Assembly: GCF_000027325.1 (NCBI RefSeq)
Contig: NC_000908.2
Coordinates: 150,001-182,000, forward strand
Direction: 5' to 3'
Source of the DNA: Mycoplasmoides genitalium G37
GTDB lineage: Bacteria > Bacillota_I > Bacilli_A > Mycoplasmatales > Mycoplasmoidaceae
DNA: 32,000 bases
The notes under the pieces are model-generated. The model had not been told where the DNA came from. It was given only the letters and a program-made list of their open reading frames with translations, and ran no database searches. Numbering within the stretch: position 1 is the first letter of the stretch; every line of letters begins with the position of its first letter. This document shows positions 1-9,797 of the stretch, piece after piece. Made by a program: the position numbers and the translations under genes.

Positions 1-1328
1 TGACTGGCGAATATGAAGTTTATTTTATTGATGAACCTAAGATTTACTATTCATCTCCAAACCCAGTTTATACCACCGCTTCACTTCAAAAGGATGCAAT
101 TAATAAGTTAGGATGGTCTTCCAAAAAAGTAACAATGGTGGCCCAAAGACTGTATGAAGGGATTAGTGTTAATGGGAAACAAACTGCATTAATTAGTTAT
201 CCAAGAACTGATTCAATTAGGATTTCAAACCAATTTCAATCAGAGTGTGAAAAGTACATTGAAAAGGAGTTTGGAAGTCATTATTTAGCTGATAAAAATA
301 AGTTAAAAAGACATAAAAAGGATGAGAAAATCATCCAAGATGCCCATGAAGGGATCCATCCTACTTACATTACTATTACCCCCAATGATCTGAAAAACGG
401 GGTGAAACGCGATGAGTTTCTCCTTTATCGTTTAATATGGATTAGAACAGTTGCTAGTTTAATGGCAGATGCTAAAACATCAAGAACTATTGTTCGTTTT
501 ATAAACCAAAAAAACAAGTTTTATACCTCTTCAAAATCACTTTTATTTGATGGTTATCAAAGGTTATATGAAGAGATTAAACCTAATACTAAAGATGAAC
601 TTTACATTGATCTTAGTAAGCTTAAAATTGGTGATAAATTTAGTTTTGAAAAGATCAGCGTTAATGAGCATAAAACCAACCCACCACCACGTTACACCCA
701 AGCTAGTTTAATTGAAGAGCTTGAAAAATCTAACATCGGTCGTCCCTCTACTTATAACACTATGGCCAGTGTTAATCTAGAAAGGGGCTATGCTAACTTA
801 GTGAACCGATTTTTTTATATCACTGAGCTTGGTGAAAAAGTTAATAATGAACTTTCCAAGCATTTTGGGAATGTAATTAATAAAGAATTTACCAAGAAGA
901 TGGAAAAATCTTTGGATGAAATTGCTGAAAACAAAGTAAACTATCAAGAATTTCTTAAGCAGTTTTGAACAAATTTTAAATCTGATGTTAAACTAGCTGA
1001 AAATTCAATTCAAAAAGTGAAAAAGGAAAAAGAATTGGTTGAAAGAGATTGTCCTAAATGTAATCAACCGTTGGTATATCGTTACACCAAAAGAGGTAAT
1101 GAGAAGTTTGTTGGTTGTAGTGATTTTCCTAAGTGTAAATACAGTGAGTTTAGTAATCCTAAACCAAAACTAACCTTGGAAACACTTGATGAATTGTGTC
1201 CTGAGTGTAACAATAAACTGGTTAAGAGGAGAACTAAATTTAACGCTAAAAAGACCTTTATAGGTTGCAGTAATTTCCCTAACTGCCGTTTTATCAAAAA
1301 GGATAATGCTGCTGAATTTAAACAATAA
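1..1328 (+). CDS. topA: DNA topoisomerase I, C-terminal ~441 codons (5' end lies upstream of the window; first full codon at 3)
   Basis: Frame 3 is open from position 3 ([12 protein letters not shown]...[30 protein letters not shown]). ORFs 135-968 and 1017-1328 share this frame and are joined by TGA (Trp) at 966-968. Two C4 zinc-ribbon motifs lie at the C-terminus (CPKCN...[10 protein letters not shown] and CPECN...[10 protein letters not shown]). TAA stop at 1326-1328. Confidence 0.93.
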
Positions 1329-2721
1329 CAGCGTTCTTATTGTTGCGTTTGTAATTGTTTCTTTATTCTTTCTAATAATTGTTGGGTTTGCTTTAAATTT
1401 AGCAATTGCTTTTTCACTCCATTTAAAGCAGAATAAAAATAACAAAAAATACATCTTAAATGACCAACAGATCCAGTTAAGATTAACTGAAAAACAAGCC
1501 CAATTAACAACTTTACTTAACTTTTATCAACAAAAAATTGAAAGTGTAAACAGAGAAAAAAGTTGGTTAGAAAGTCAGTTACAGGTAATTGATAAAAAGG
1601 ATTTAAAGCAAGCGCAAAAGTTAACTTTACATTTAAAAAAAGACCAAATATTAGCTCAACTTAATGAAAAGCTGATTCAAAAAAAAGTTGATCAGCCTTT
1701 AGTTAATGAACTACAGAAAACCAAACTTTCCTATCTTGAAAGGTTAGTTGATCAAAAGATTAAACTCAGTGAAAATAATTTCAAAAGTGCTTTTCTTAAA
1801 ACGAAGGTAAAAGAGACAGCATTTAATATCTTTGCAGCTAAAAACAAGGTGAACTGGGAGTATTTTAAACAGGTGTGTGATGCTGATTGCACTTTAAAAA
1901 ACTTAGAAGATGAAGTGGAAATTACTTTTTCTAATTGGAGTTATTTGAGAAGGATGCAAGCTCTATTAGCGTTTGAAAAACTAATTAGCAAAATCAAAAC
2001 AGTCAAAATTAATGAATTGGTTATTAATGAAACTTTAGATGAAGTGAAAAACGAAATTAGCCAAACTGCTTTTCAAGCGGGTGAAAAAATAGTTAAGGAA
2101 TTTCAGATAACTAATTTAAACGAGCAAATTACCAGACTAATTGGCTTGCAAAAATACTATTTTGGCACTGATCAGCTCAATCTCTTAGAACTCGCGGTAT
2201 TAACAACCAAATTAGTAATTTTACTGAACAAAAAGTTCAAACTAGATTTAGATTTAGAACTTCTTAAAGCAGCTAGCTTGTTTAACTATTTAAAGTGAGT
2301 AGATAATAACCAGTTCTTTCAAATATTAAACACAAAACTTAACCAGCTTTTAATTAGTGATCAAGTTATTGCAATCATCCAACAACAAGAACTTAGTTTT
2401 TATCCTGATCAGTATGGGATGTTAATTAATGGAGTGAAAACAATGATTAGAGAGCATAACACCATTGATTTTGAAAAACTGGTTTTTCTCAACTCAACAA
2501 AACTTATTGATAATTTTTATCTCTATGATTTAAATATGATCCATGCAGTTGAATATAACAACTGCTTTTATTACTTTGTTAGTGTTAAACCCTTTGAGAT
2601 TAAGTCATTAGCAGAACTTGATCTTTTTGTTGTTTTGTTAAAAACTTTTTTAGCTAAAAAGCAAAAGCAAAATCCAAAAGCGGTTAAACTGTTTATCACT
2701 ACCAAAATTTTAGCGATCTAA
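1306..2721 (+). CDS. Conserved hypothetical membrane-anchored protein (471 aa); possible catalytically dead RNase Y paralogue (see findings)
   Basis: ORFs 1306-2298 and 2419-2721 share a frame and are joined through TGA at 2296-2298, with no TAA/TAG between them. There is an N-terminal hydrophobic helix ([27 protein letters not shown]) followed by a long K/Q/E/L-rich coiled-coil-like segment. The ATG at 1306 overlaps the topA end by 23 nt. I recall this position as MG123 (uncharacterised). Confidence 0.8.
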
Positions 2722-2767
2722 TTACATTAGATTTTATTAGAATTGTTTCAACTAATAAATTGGCCTT

Positions 2768-3076
2768 ATGGTAACAGAAATTAGAAGTCTTAAACAACTT
2801 GAAGAGATCTTTTCAGCTAAGAAAAATGTTATTGTTGACTTTTGAGCAGCATGATGTGGTCCTTGTAAACTAACCAGCCCTGAGTTTCAAAAAGCAGCAG
2901 ATGAATTTAGTGATGCTCAGTTTGTTAAGGTTAATGTTGATGATCATACTGATATAGCAGCAGCTTATAACATTACCTCTTTACCAACTATTGTTGTTTT
3001 TGAAAACGGGGTTGAAAAAAAGAGAGCCATTGGCTTTATGCCAAAAACCAAAATTATTGATCTTTTCAATAACTAA
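2768..3076 (+). CDS. trxA: Thioredoxin (102 aa)
   Basis: Absent from the ORF track because of two in-frame TGA codons (2843-2845, 2852-2854). With code 4 it translates as MVTEIRSLKQLEEIFSAKKNVIVDFWAAWCGPCKLTSPEF...LPTIVVFENG, which carries the canonical WCGPC active site. TAA stop at 3074-3076. Confidence 0.93.
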
Positions 3077-3081
3077 AGTCC

Positions 3082-3939
3082 ATGATTGATCTGCTTGGTT
3101 TGGATCTGGATGGAACGTTATTATCTAAAACTAAAAAAATTAACAATCCATCAAAATTAGCATTAACTAATTTAATTGCTAAAAAACCAAGTTTAAAGGT
3201 GATGATTTTAACTGGTAGATCAGTTTTTTCTACTCTAAAACACGTTGAAAAGCTGAACAGTTTGTTTAAAAAACCAATTGTTGATTATTTTTGTTGTTAT
3301 GGGGGTGCTAAACTTTATCAAATTGAAGCAAATAAGCCACAAGAAAGATACAAGTTTTGCTTGGAAAACAGTGTTGTTGAAACTACCTTTAGTATTATCA
3401 AAAAACACCGCGGATTATGTTTAGCTTACTTAGATAGTTATGTCTCTCCTTACCTTTGTTTAGCTGGTAACAAGCTCCTTGGGTGGTTCACTAAATACTT
3501 TTGGTATAGAAAAAGGTGTGTGTTTTTTAACCAGAACCATTTAAAACAAGGTATTCTAAAGATTAGTGTTTACTTTTTAAGTGCAAAAAGGTGTAAAAAA
3601 GTTTATGAAATCTTAAAAAATACCTTTCAAGAAAAGGTTAATGTTTTAAGTTTTTCTAATAATTTAATTGAGATAACTCATCATGATGCTAATAAGGGTT
3701 ATGCAATTGAATATATGGCCAAAAGAGAACAACTTTCACTTAATAGAATAGCAGTTATTGGTGATTCTTGAAATGATTATGCAATGTTCAAAAAAGCTAA
3801 ATATTCCTTTGCAATGTCAAAATCCCCTTCCCAGTTAAAATTAATTGCTACCAATACCAGTAACAAAACCAACCGTTACCGCTTTAGTACCTTACTTAAT
3901 TTAATTAGTGAAACAATCATTAATCAAAAAGCTGATTAG
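3082..3939 (+). CDS. HAD-superfamily Cof-type phosphatase (285 aa)
   Basis: ORF 3082-3771 extends through TGA at 3769-3771 to TAG at 3937-3939. HAD motif I is present (LDLDGTLL), and motif IV only appears when TGA is read as Trp (GDSWNDYAMF). Confidence 0.85.
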
Positions 3940-4963
3940 ATGTTAAACCAAATGCTTTATAAAACATTTTTAATGTTTCATCAGCAACTTTTTTAGCTTG
4001 GTTTTTACCATCATTTAGGACTTTTAATACCATTTCATCAGTAATTTGTGCTTTTTTAAATTTAAGTGATTCTATGACATTAATAACAGCACTACTGAGG
4101 TCATTCTTTAAATCTAAATAACTTTTATTCTGATAATATTTAACAAGATCAGAGCCGATTTTTTTACTTAAATTATGGTTAACTTCTTCTTTTAAAAGTG
4201 CAGTTAAAATAACAAGTAAATTAGTAACACCAGGTTGGGTTTTTTTAGCAAAACGAATCTTATTAAAACTATCAGTTGTGGCTTTGCGCACTTTTTTGAT
4301 GATTGTTTCTTTACTATCATCCAGATAGATAACACCATTTTGATCAGGATTTGATTTGGACATCTTTTTTAAAGGATTTGATAGATCCATGATCCTGTTG
4401 GTATCTTTGTTTTCTATAAATACAGGTAATTTCAGTTTTAACTTAAATTTTTTTGCTACACGTTTAGCTAAATCATTGGTTAATTCCAAGTGCTGCTTCT
4501 GATCATTACCAACTGGAACAATATCAGGTTGATAAAGCAAGATATCAGCAGCCATTAACACTGGGTAAGTTAACAAACCAGTTGGGATAGTAATGGTGTT
4601 ATTACTATTTCTTTTTTGCGCTAATTTCTTTGTTTTAAATTGGGTCATTCTTTGTAATTCACCTAGATTACTTTGTGTCAGCATTAGATAACCTAACATG
4701 GTATGTTCCATCAGATCACTTTGTAAAAATAAGTTCACTTTTCCATAATCAAGTCCTAGTGCTAATAAAGTTTTAACAAGTTGCAAGTTGTTATCTTTGA
4801 GCATTGTTGGTTCAAAATCAACAGTAATAGCATGAAGATCAGCAACAAATAAAAACAGTTGGTATTGACTTTGGAGTTGTTTTAAACCTTGCATTACGCC
4901 AAGAAAGTTACCTAGGTGTTGTCTTCCAGAAGCTTGAATCCCTGTAATTGCGCGCTTTATCAT
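3920..4963 (-). CDS. trpS: Tryptophan--tRNA ligase (347 aa)
   Basis: Intact 347-aa ORF. Class I aaRS signatures are present: a HIGH-like element (GRQHLGNFLG) and KMSKS (LKKMSKSNP). Real TAA stop (plus-strand tta at 3920-3922). Confidence 0.95.
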   Translation of the reverse strand: MIKRAITGIQASGRQHLGNFLGVMQGLKQLQSQYQLFLFVADLHAITVDFEPTMLKDNNLQLVKTLLALGLDYGKVNLFLQSDLMEHTMLGYLMLTQSNLGELQRMTQFKTKKLAQKRNSNNTITIPTGLLTYPVLMAADILLYQPDIVPVGNDQKQHLELTNDLAKRVAKKFKLKLKLPVFIENKDTNRIMDLSNPLKKMSKSNPDQNGVIYLDDSKETIIKKVRKATTDSFNKIRFAKKTQPGVTNLLVILTALLKEEVNHNLSKKIGSDLVKYYQNKSYLDLKNDLSSAVINVIESLKFKKAQITDEMVLKVLNDGKNQAKKVADETLKMFYKAFGLTSNQLFD

Positions 4964-4998
4964 TATTAGAATTGATAGGGTAATTAAAGGTTATTTTA

Positions 4999-5436
4999 AT
5001 GAAAAAAGCGGGTAAAAAAAATAGTGATGCAGGTAAGACTTTTATCTTAATCTCATCATCCTGTTCATCCTGTCAGAAAGCCATTGAGTTTTTTGATCAA
5101 AACAAAATTAGCTATGTTGTTGAGAATTTTTATAAAAAACCAATTAGTGATAAGCGTTTTAAAGATATTTTAAGTCTTAGTGAGGATGGTACTGAAAGTT
5201 TGTTTTCCAAACGTGCTGATCAGATTAAAGCAACTAACAGTGTTAGTGTTGAAGAGTTGAGTATCAGTGAATTAATTAAGCTAGTTAGAGAACGTCCTTC
5301 TTTACTAAGAAGGCCTATTATCATCCAATATAATTCTTCAGGAATTCCTAAAAGGATGCGAATTGGTTATAACTCATCTGAAATTAAGGTCTTTGAGCGT
5401 AAACTAATAGAACCAAAGCCTATAATACAACAATAA
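4999..5436 (+). CDS. spx: Spx/ArsC-family redox regulator-like protein (145 aa)
   Basis: 145-aa ORF with an N-proximal CxxC ([14 protein letters not shown]) and a C-terminal LLRRPII motif typical of the ArsC/Spx family. Confidence 0.8.
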
Positions 5437-5443
5437 CATCTAA

Positions 5444-6223
5444 ATGAAATACAAAATTTTTGCTTCCACAACGCCCCAAACTGAACCTGTTCTCAATAAG
5501 TTAAGAGCAGTTTTAAAAACTTGGCAAGCGGTTGAGAATGGTTATGAATATGTGTTTGTTTTAGGTGGGGATGGTTTTTTTGTTTCCACACTTGCTAACT
5601 ATAACTGTGATAGTTGTAAGGTAGTTGGTATCAATACTGGCCACATTGGTTTTTACACTTCTTTTAATGGAGATGATCTTGATGAAAATTTCATTTCAAA
5701 ACTAACTAGCTTTGAGTTTAAAAAGATTAATTTACTGGAAGTGAAAACTAAAAACCACAGTTTCTTAGTTTTAAATGAACTTGCAGTTTACACCAACACT
5801 GCATATCCAATTAACATCTTTATTGATGATAACCACTGGGAATCATACCGCGGTTCAGGGTTGCTAATTGGCCCAAGAACAGGTTCAACTGCCCTAGCAA
5901 AATCTGCTAAGGGAGCGGTTATCTTTCCAAATGTTGATGTTGTTCAAATTATTGAACTAAACCCCTTATTACATCCCAACCAAATCACAATTCAATCTCC
6001 GATTATTCTGCCAATGCAAACCAAGGTTGAATTTAGGATCAAAAAAGCTTTTAAAGCAGAGCAATTTCCCAATTTTTATGCAGATGGAATCAAGCTTGAT
6101 TTAAAAAATGAAGATACCAGTATTAGCTTTCAGTTGGTTTTATCAAGATCAATGTTTCACGCTTCTTTAAAAACTAAGGATTTTATTGATAAACTAAAAT
6201 CAACTTTTATTAAGCAAAGCTAA
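5444..6223 (+). CDS. nadK: NAD kinase (259 aa)
   Basis: Intact ORF with the GGDG motif (VFVLGGDGFFVST) and an NE..V / G.T.STA.. pattern (LNELAVY, GPRTGSTALAKSA). Confidence 0.9.
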   Translation: MKYKIFASTTPQTEPVLNKLRAVLKTWQAVENGYEYVFVLGGDGFFVSTLANYNCDSCKVVGINTGHIGFYTSFNGDDLDENFISKLTSFEFKKINLLEVKTKNHSFLVLNELAVYTNTAYPINIFIDDNHWESYRGSGLLIGPRTGSTALAKSAKGAVIFPNVDVVQIIELNPLLHPNQITIQSPIILPMQTKVEFRIKKAFKAEQFPNFYADGIKLDLKNEDTSISFQLVLSRSMFHASLKTKDFIDKLKSTFIKQS

Positions 6224-6576
6224 TGAAATGGTTGTTGTGATTGGGTTATATTTTTAGTTTTGGTTTACTCTATCTTTGGATAGTAAAAAAATCAAAACAA
6301 ATTGCTCAACAACCTAACACAAAACTGGTTGAATCAACTTCTATTCCTTTTAAAGTTAAGGACTTTGTTAGTGCTTGTGGTGGTAAGGAAAATTTTGTTA
6401 ATATAAAAACAACACCAACTCAATTAATAGTTACTTTTAAAGATGTTAACTCAGTGAGCTTAACAAAGCTTAATGCGCTTAATATCAAAGGAATTAACAA
6501 AAACCAAAACCAATTTCGTTTTGTACTTGGTAACTTTGTAAATGAATTGAAAAAAAAGATAGAAGATGAACAATAA
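6223..6576 (+). CDS. Membrane-anchored PTS EIIB-domain-like protein (117 aa)
   Basis: The track ORF 6241-6576 extends upstream across TGA 6238-6240 to ATG 6223 (MKWLLWLGYIFSFGLLYLWIV). That ATG overlaps the nadK TAA in a TAATG junction. A PTS EIIB type-1 cysteine motif is present (FVSACGGKENFVNI). Confidence 0.75.
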
Positions 6577-8020
6577 CATTACTAACAGTATTGCCCAATT
6601 GTTTTTCAACACTTCTTTCTTTGCTTTTCTGTTTTTAATCATTATTGCGTTTAATTTATGCTTGTTTGCCTATCTTTATTTTCAGTACCGAATTTATAAG
6701 AAAAACCCTAAAAAAGCTAACAACTTTAAAGCGAATGAATATGAAAAAATTAAGCTATTAAAAAACCAAAATTTCACTGAAAGTAATAAATTAATTGCAA
6801 CAACTAATGAGTTAAATGAACTTACTAGTCAGCTAGATAATATCTTGGTTAGGATTATCAACAAACCACTAGCAAAGTTAGTTAATGATTTTTTAGATGA
6901 ACAGATTAAACAGATAGTTAAGCTAGATAAAAACAGTTCTGATTTTCACTCAGAAAGTGATAACCTCCCTTTTTATACCAAACTCTTTAATGATTTTCAC
7001 TTTGGTGTTGATAAATTAATAAACATTAACATAAAAAACCCTCTTTATAACTGGGTTTATAGCCCCAGTTTTTTAATTAGTGAAAGTGATTTTCGCAAGC
7101 TTAATGGTATTAGTGGTATCAATAAAAAGCTTTTGGTTGAAAAACTTAGAATTGAAGACATTGTGTTTACAGATCTAAACAAAAAGTATGAAGTTAATGT
7201 CTTGACAGAAAGTCCTATTAAAGCACAAAAAACAGTGTTAACTGTGCGCAATATCCTGATGAACGATTATGTTGATAATGAAAGGATTGAATCATATGTC
7301 CAACAAGCTAACTTCTTTTTTACTGAGCACTGTAAAAAGATCGGTAAAGAGATCTTAGAATCACTTAATATTTTTATCTCAAGTAGTTCACTACACCGTC
7401 ATTTTGGCTTTTTAGCATTTCGCTATTCATTTGGACAAAATGTCTTATCCCATAGCCTTGAAACTGCATTTTTAACTGCCCACTTAGCAGCTTTAATAGA
7501 ACTTGATAGTGAACTGAGTTTAAAGTGTGGATTGCTCCATGATATTGGTAAATCTAATGATGATAATGGTAAAGAGAGCCATACGATTACAGGCGCTAAA
7601 CTCGCTGAGCAATTTCAACTACCTGATGACATTAAATACACAATTGCTAACCACCACAATAAACATATTGACAATACCTATTGTCGTTTAACACAAATTG
7701 CTGATAAACTATCTGCTGCTAGAATTGGTGCTAGAAGTGATAGTTCGCTTCTTTTTAAACAACTAAAAGATGAGTTGAAAAAGATTGTTGATAAAACTAT
7801 TAATAATTTTCATACAACGATCTTACTAGGTCAAAGTGGTAGAAGGTTAATGATTTGACTTGAAACTAAAAACCAAAATCAACTGTTAAGTAATGAGCAA
7901 ATTATTGAAATGGTTGAAAAGATTAAAGCTGAAATTGCTAAGAATCCAATTACAAATCACTTCCCTATTAAAGTTGTAATTAGATATAACTTTGAACACA
8001 GTTTTAACACCAAAAGCTAA
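6566..8020 (+). CDS. rny: Ribonuclease Y (484 aa)
   Basis: ORF 6566-7858 continues through TGA 7856-7858 to TAA 8018-8020. It has an N-terminal TM helix, a coiled-coil-like region and an HD domain (FGQNVLSHSLE...GLLHDIGK...IANHHNKH...LSAARIGARS). Confidence 0.9.
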
Positions 8021-8022
8021 GG

Positions 8023-8247
8023 ATGCAATACAGTGCTTTAATACCACTTTTTATATTACTAATTAGCTTAGTATTATTTTGTTTCAGCTTTAGAAAAAAT
8101 CAAAGTGAAAATCAGATAGTGAAAATCTTATTTTTTGCTTATTGCATCGATTTTTTAGCTTTAATTCTTGCTGTAATGTTGCTCACTTTTTTAAGTCATG
8201 GGTTGTTAAGTTTAGCGATTTTAATCCCTGTCTTAGTTTTTCAATAA
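8023..8247 (+). CDS. Small hypothetical membrane protein (74 aa, two predicted TM helices)
   Basis: The ATG is preceded by a TAAGGA Shine-Dalgarno-like sequence. The protein is strongly hydrophobic and the ORF ends in a double stop (TAATAA). No recognisable family. Confidence 0.5.
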   Translation: MQYSALIPLFILLISLVLFCFSFRKNQSENQIVKILFFAYCIDFLALILAVMLLTFLSHGLLSLAILIPVLVFQ

Positions 8248-8298
8248 TAATGTTTTTTGTTATGGTTATTAGTCACTATCCCCTTATGAAAAGACTAT

Positions 8299-8604
8299 TT
8301 GGAAATTAAAATTCTAAGTACCATGGAGTTGAAAACCCCTAACTTTAAGCTAATTGATGAAAAGATTGCTGAATTTAATAAGAGTAATGAAAACCTGATT
8401 GTAAAACTACTTCAAAAAGAAAAGGAATTTGCCACAAACCAAGTTACTGTTCAGTTTGATACTCAGTCAAAAAAGTCAGAAGAAGTGAAAAAACCTAGTA
8501 AAAAAATACTGAAAAGTTATCACTTTCTAACAGTAGTTATGGCAGTTAATTTGCTAATAACTGTTGGTTTGATAGTTGGCTTAATTTTTGCTTTCAGATA
8601 TTAG
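8299..8604 (+). CDS. Small hypothetical protein with a C-terminal TM anchor (~94-116 aa; start uncertain: TTG 8257, TTG 8299 or ATG 8322)
   Basis: With code 4 the frame is open from 8251 (TGA at 8287-8289 read as Trp). The soluble part is K/E-rich and is followed by FLTVVMAVNLLITVGLIVGLIFAF. The 3' end overlaps the convergent HIT gene by 24 nt. Confidence 0.45.
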   Translation: MEIKILSTMELKTPNFKLIDEKIAEFNKSNENLIVKLLQKEKEFATNQVTVQFDTQSKKSEEVKKPSKKILKSYHFLTVVMAVNLLITVGLIVGLIFAFRY

Positions 8605-9006
8605 TTGGTAGTTTTCTTCTAAGGAACGTTTGTTGGTTTTATTGACATTATAGCCAAACCCTTTACCAGTTTCATATTTGGGTACTATGTGTAAGTGAAA
8701 ATGAAAAACCACTTGACCTGCAATTGCCCCTTCATTAGAAACATAGTTTAAACCAGATGGTTTTAGTGTCATCTTTAGTTTTAAAGCGATTTGTTTTGCT
8801 AATAAACTAACTGCTTGTAACTCTTTTTGATCAGTTGAAGAAAAATCAACTGCATGTTTTTTAGGGATTACTAAAGTATGACCATCAGCTACAGGAAAAG
8901 CATCTAAAAAAGCAATGGCATGCTCATTTTCTCCAATTTTATAGGATGTAATTGAACCTTGAACAATATCACAAAAGATACAACTACTTGTGGTGTTTTT
9001 TTCCAT
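8581..9006 (-). CDS. HIT-family nucleotide hydrolase (141 aa)
   Basis: Intact ORF with the histidine-triad motif HFHLHIVP and the upstream GHTLVIPKKH element. Confidence 0.92.
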   Translation of the reverse strand: MEKNTTSSCIFCDIVQGSITSYKIGENEHAIAFLDAFPVADGHTLVIPKKHAVDFSSTDQKELQAVSLLAKQIALKLKMTLKPSGLNYVSNEGAIAGQVVFHFHLHIVPKYETGKGFGYNVNKTNKRSLEENYQLISESKN

Positions 9007-9778
9007 AGTAATGGTTATTTATAACAAAAAGCATTCATAAGATTAAAAACATTGATGCAAAAATAGGGATTGATCAAATCCAAACATAACTGTTATATTT
9101 AGTTTGCGTAAAAAATCCATACACTGAATAGGAGTTTTCACCATTATCCCAAACATTTAAAAATGGAATAGTTTGGAGATAAAAAGCATAGATACTGGGA
9201 TAAATGCCTGCTTTTAAAAGAAAGGATTGCAAATTCCTTGGCGGTTTGATAAATTTATAAGTTTTAAAAAGTAATCCAACATAAATAAAGTAAAACAACG
9301 GATGGATAACATGGAGTAATAGCTCTGAAAAAGCATTCCAGTCATTAATAAAAGAACCATTAAAACTATATGGTAATTGCGTTGTTATAGTTGAAAACCA
9401 ACCCTGTACATCAGGTTCTATATTAACAATACCTGTGAAGCGTGATAAAGCATAAAAGTTAAAGAAAATAACTGTAAAAACTAGATAACCTGTAACACTT
9501 AAAACCAGTGAACTGTTTTCAAATCATCTGCTTTTATGGTTAAGAAAGTAGTATCATACTAAAAAGATTGCAAGGCTATTACTTTGGTAAGTAAAAGTAT
9601 CAAAATTAGTAAACCAAATCAGGCTCATTTGACCACTGTTAGCAACACTAATCAGTGCAGTAATCACCATAAAGATTTGGGTGAATAGTGAAAAAGGTGC
9701 TAGAAAAATTAAATAATAATCGCATTTATTGTTAAGATAAAAGCAACGGTAAAAAATTCCAATTGATTTTTTAAGCAC
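8984..9778 (-). CDS. Hypothetical polytopic membrane protein (264 aa)
   Basis: Track ORFs 9554-9778 and 9074-9298 share a frame. I translated the gap codon by codon and found only TGA codons (plus-strand tca at 9554-9556 and 9524-9526) and no TAA/TAG. The apparent end at 9074-9076 is also TGA, and the frame runs on through another TGA (9035-9037) to a true TAG (plus-strand cta at 8984-8986). GTG start at 9778. It overlaps the HIT gene start by 23 nt. Confidence 0.7.
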
Positions 9779-9797
9779 GATTTTTATTTAATGATAT

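Noticed and set aside
1082-1454. Antisense ORFs 1082-1297 and 1170-1454 opposite topA and the next ORF
   Set aside because: They are shadow ORFs opposite well-supported genes. Their products are low-complexity L/K/F-rich sequence.
4964-4998. Divergent promoter assignment in the 35-bp trpS/spx spacer (TAGAAT at 4967-4972), plus similar -10-like hexamers at 2738-2743 and 15394-15399
   Set aside because: TAnAAT-like hexamers are frequent by chance in roughly 70 percent AT DNA. Without TSS data I cannot support them as features.
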